Part shown: positions 61,231 to 64,000 of the stretch, piece by piece
Layout of the letters: each line of letters begins with the position of its first letter
Position numbering within the stretch: the stretch's first letter is position 1
Assembly: GCF_004010195.1 (NCBI RefSeq)
Contig: NC_057718.1
Span: forward strand, 6,876,474-6,940,473
Direction: 5' to 3'
Source of the DNA: Chiloscyllium plagiosum
Lineage: Eukaryota
Length of the DNA stretch: 64,000 nt
Notes under the pieces: model-generated
The model's input: the letters and a program-made list of their open reading frames with translations, nothing else
What the model was told of the DNA's origin: nothing
Databases searched by the model: none
Position numbers and translations under genes: made by a program

Positions 61231-63384
61231 CGTCTATTGTCTAAAAGGCACCACCAGCACACAAAAGGTTGTGACAACTCCTTTGGAGACACATAAGGGG
61301 CAGTGTGGTTGGAGGTCTGCTGGCCTGTGAAACAATGGGATGTTTACAGGAAGGAGGGGAAAATCTCACACAGAGTTTTCTCTCCCCAAGTCAAATAATA
61401 TTTGACTCGAAGAGAAAAGGTGAAAGTCATTGTTTAACCATTTTCAGGATATTGTCAGGACGCCAGGAAAATGTTTGGCTGTTGCAGTTGGATGAGAATT
61501 CCTCACAGGAGAAGTGAGAATAGAGTGCATTGATCAGTTCTGATGTGAGTAAGTGCCATAGGGGAGGAAATGGGCTCTTAAACTTGATTGACATCAGAGG
61601 TTGTGCTCAGCTGAGTGAAGACTTCAACACTGAGGCCACAAGGTCACCATTGGAAAGCCGGTCCAGAAAAACCAGGACATCTATATCGCCAGACAGGCAC
61701 ACGGTTCCACCTCAACGTCTGGGAATTCCATTGAGCAGTCAGTCCCTGCCCCCTTCCACAATGATGATGAATGAGAGGAAATGTGAAAGAAGAATTGGAC
61801 TCGGATATGTAGATTTTTAAACACATTTGGGAATCTGGGATTGGAGTATCTCGGAGAATGACATCCCCATATGCTTGAAAACTATGCATTATCCTAGTGC
61901 CCTTAAAACCCAGCCAGCAGGAACAAAGATACAAGGAGAAGGGACTCCAACCTTTGGGTAAATCTCTGGATTTTGCATGACTGATGTCTGTAATGGCTCA
62001 ACAATCTATTTAACTCATATCGCTCCATGCCACTGCCTCTAGATTTGAAGGAGTGCAGTGGTCACAGTCCCATGATGTCTGGTTTTGGAGGCAAGACTGG
62101 GTGTTGTCTTTGAGGCCCCTGTTTTGCAGAGACGGCTTCCCCCTCTGGTAACGGGGATGCGCCGTCTTCATGCCCCCAACTCTACCTCTCAACCATATCT
62201 TCTGATTCGACCTGTGAGTCACAAAAACCTCCTCCCTGTAATGCATTGAAAATTCTGCATTGTGCATTCTGTCCATTTACAGTCAGGAGATGAGGGCACA
62301 AAGACGGTTTGTGGGGGAAGAGCAGAGGTTGGCCCATTGAGTCTGCATCGCCACTCAGTGAGATCATCAGTTGGTCACCCTCAATTCCACTTTTCTGCTT
62401 TATCCCCACGACCCTGGATCCCCTGACCGATTAAAAAACCTGTCTTGAATCGACCTCACCTCTGTTGTTAGCCAACTGAAAGAATGGCCCCCAGTGATGA
62501 AATACCATTTCAGCTGGTGTCTCCAAATGTGAGATGATGGACGCACCCCTGTATGAAAGGTCTCAGTCGCCCAAAGGGGAGAGGCGGGAATGGAGACTGA
62601 GCACAGGGAGAACAGTCGAGTAAAGGCTGCAAAATATCAGCCGCCATGCAACTAAGACGGATGTGTGGACAGGTAATGGAATGTGTAATGCTAGTGGCAA
62701 TGTCTGTGGCTGGTGAGTGCTGTCAGTCTGGAACATTCTGAGGTTCATCAAACTCCAACTATGTGACCCATGGCAACCAGACGTCCATCGGTGTGTCCCC
62801 TGGCAAGCACACAACAATCTCACTGTATCAGATTCCCATGGCTTTGGACATGCAGCAACAGAGTATCGGATCTAAACTGGGAGGGACTCTTCATATGGAA
62901 AAGAAGGAAGCTTGAATAATAGATTATCTATCTAAATAAATCCCCTTGCCTGGGTGAGTCAGCCTCAACAACACTCAAGCATGATCCAAGACAAAGCAAC
63001 CACTTGATTGGCACCACATCCACAAACATTCACATCCTCCACCATCGACACTGAGTGGCAGCAGGTTGTGCACTGCATCTGCTCACTAAAACTCTCCCAA
63101 CAGCACCTTTCAAACCCATGGCCACTCCATCTGGAAGGACAAGGGCAGCAGCTACATTGGAACACCACCCCCTGGAAGCTCCCCTCCAAGCCACTCGCCA
63201 TTCTGACTTGGAAATATATCGCTGTTCCTTCAGTGCCACGGGGTCACAATCCTGGAACTCCCTCCCTAAAAGCACTGTGGACATATCAAGCACCAAATGC
63301 TTCAAGAAGGTAATTCATCGAGGAATGGGCATTAAATACTGGCCCAGCCAATGAAGTCTGCATCTCATGAATTAGTCTGCATTC

Positions 63385-64000
63385 ACTACAGTATGGAAAC
63401 AGGCCCTTTGGCCCAACAAGTCCACACTGACCCTCCGAAGAGTGACCCATTCCCCTACGCTTTATTTACCCCTGACACTACAGGCAATTTAGCATGGCCA
63501 ATTCACCTAACCTGCACATTTTTGGAATGTGGGAAGGAGACCCACGCAGACACGGGGAGAATCTGCAAACTCCACACAGACAGTTGCCTGAGGGTGGAAT
63601 TGAACCTGGGACCCTGGTGCTGTGAGGCAGCAGTGCTAACCACTGAGCCACCGTGCCGCCCCAAAATGTCGGAATGTAAAGCTAGTTATGGTATTGCTAA
63701 CCTTGAAACTCTCATCAACTGCTGTTGAATCAGGCCATCTGGCCCAACAAGTCCACACTGACCCTCTGACCAGCATCCCACCCAGACCCACCGCACTACC
63801 CTATCCCTGCATTTCCCACGGCTAATCCACCCAGCTTGCACATCCCTGGACTGTGGGAGGAAACTGGAGCACCTGGCGGAAACCCACACAGACGCGGGGA
63901 GAATGTGCGAACTCCATACAGACAGTCACCCAAGGTTGGAATTGAACTCAGGTCCCTGGAGCTGTGAGGTAGCAGTGCTAACAACTGAGCCATCATGCCA
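63385..64000 (-). mobile_element. Two HE1-type SINEs (~63385-63662 and ~63730-64000)
   Basis: Minus-strand heads GGCGGCACGGTGGCTCAGTGGTTAGC and TGGCATGATGGCTCAGTTGTTAGC. Confidence 0.9.

Noticed and set aside
62545..62610. SECIS-like stem (ATGA..AAA..TGAG)
   Set aside because: Helix II register and apical AA spacing do not fit, and there is no selenoprotein CDS upstream.
1..64000. CRISPR arrays, operons or prokaryotic defence systems
   Set aside because: The sequence is vertebrate repeat-rich DNA with no regularly spaced repeat-spacer array and no gene-dense segment.

Overview
This is eukaryotic, repeat-dense, apparently intergenic or intronic DNA from a cartilaginous fish. The HE1-type SINEs and shark CR1/Penelope families suggest a shark, probably a carpet/bamboo shark (inference). 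I found no recognisable host protein-coding gene. Almost all ORFs in the track are decayed retroelement pieces (CR1 LINEs including one near-full-length copy, Rex1/Babar, CR1/L2-clade, Penelope-like elements [PLEs], tRNA-SINEs) or microsatellite artefacts. Four observations stand out. (1) A TSD-flanked Penelope insertion (41654-42951) has an inverted, apparently A-to-G hypermutated GIY-YIG region, as expected if an ADAR-hyperedited RNA was reverse-transcribed into the genome. (2) At least four sequence families of minimal hammerhead ribozymes ride on tiny, often palindromic, TSD-flanked PLE-derived insertions. (3) A 1,367-bp inverted duplication with no differences seen (15138-16504 / 17064-18430) has foreign junction DNA and is either very recent or an assembly artefact. 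(4) A few repeat-free islands have enhancer-like motif clusters. TE boundaries are approximate unless TSD coordinates are given. Family names come from recalled consensus features, not a database search.
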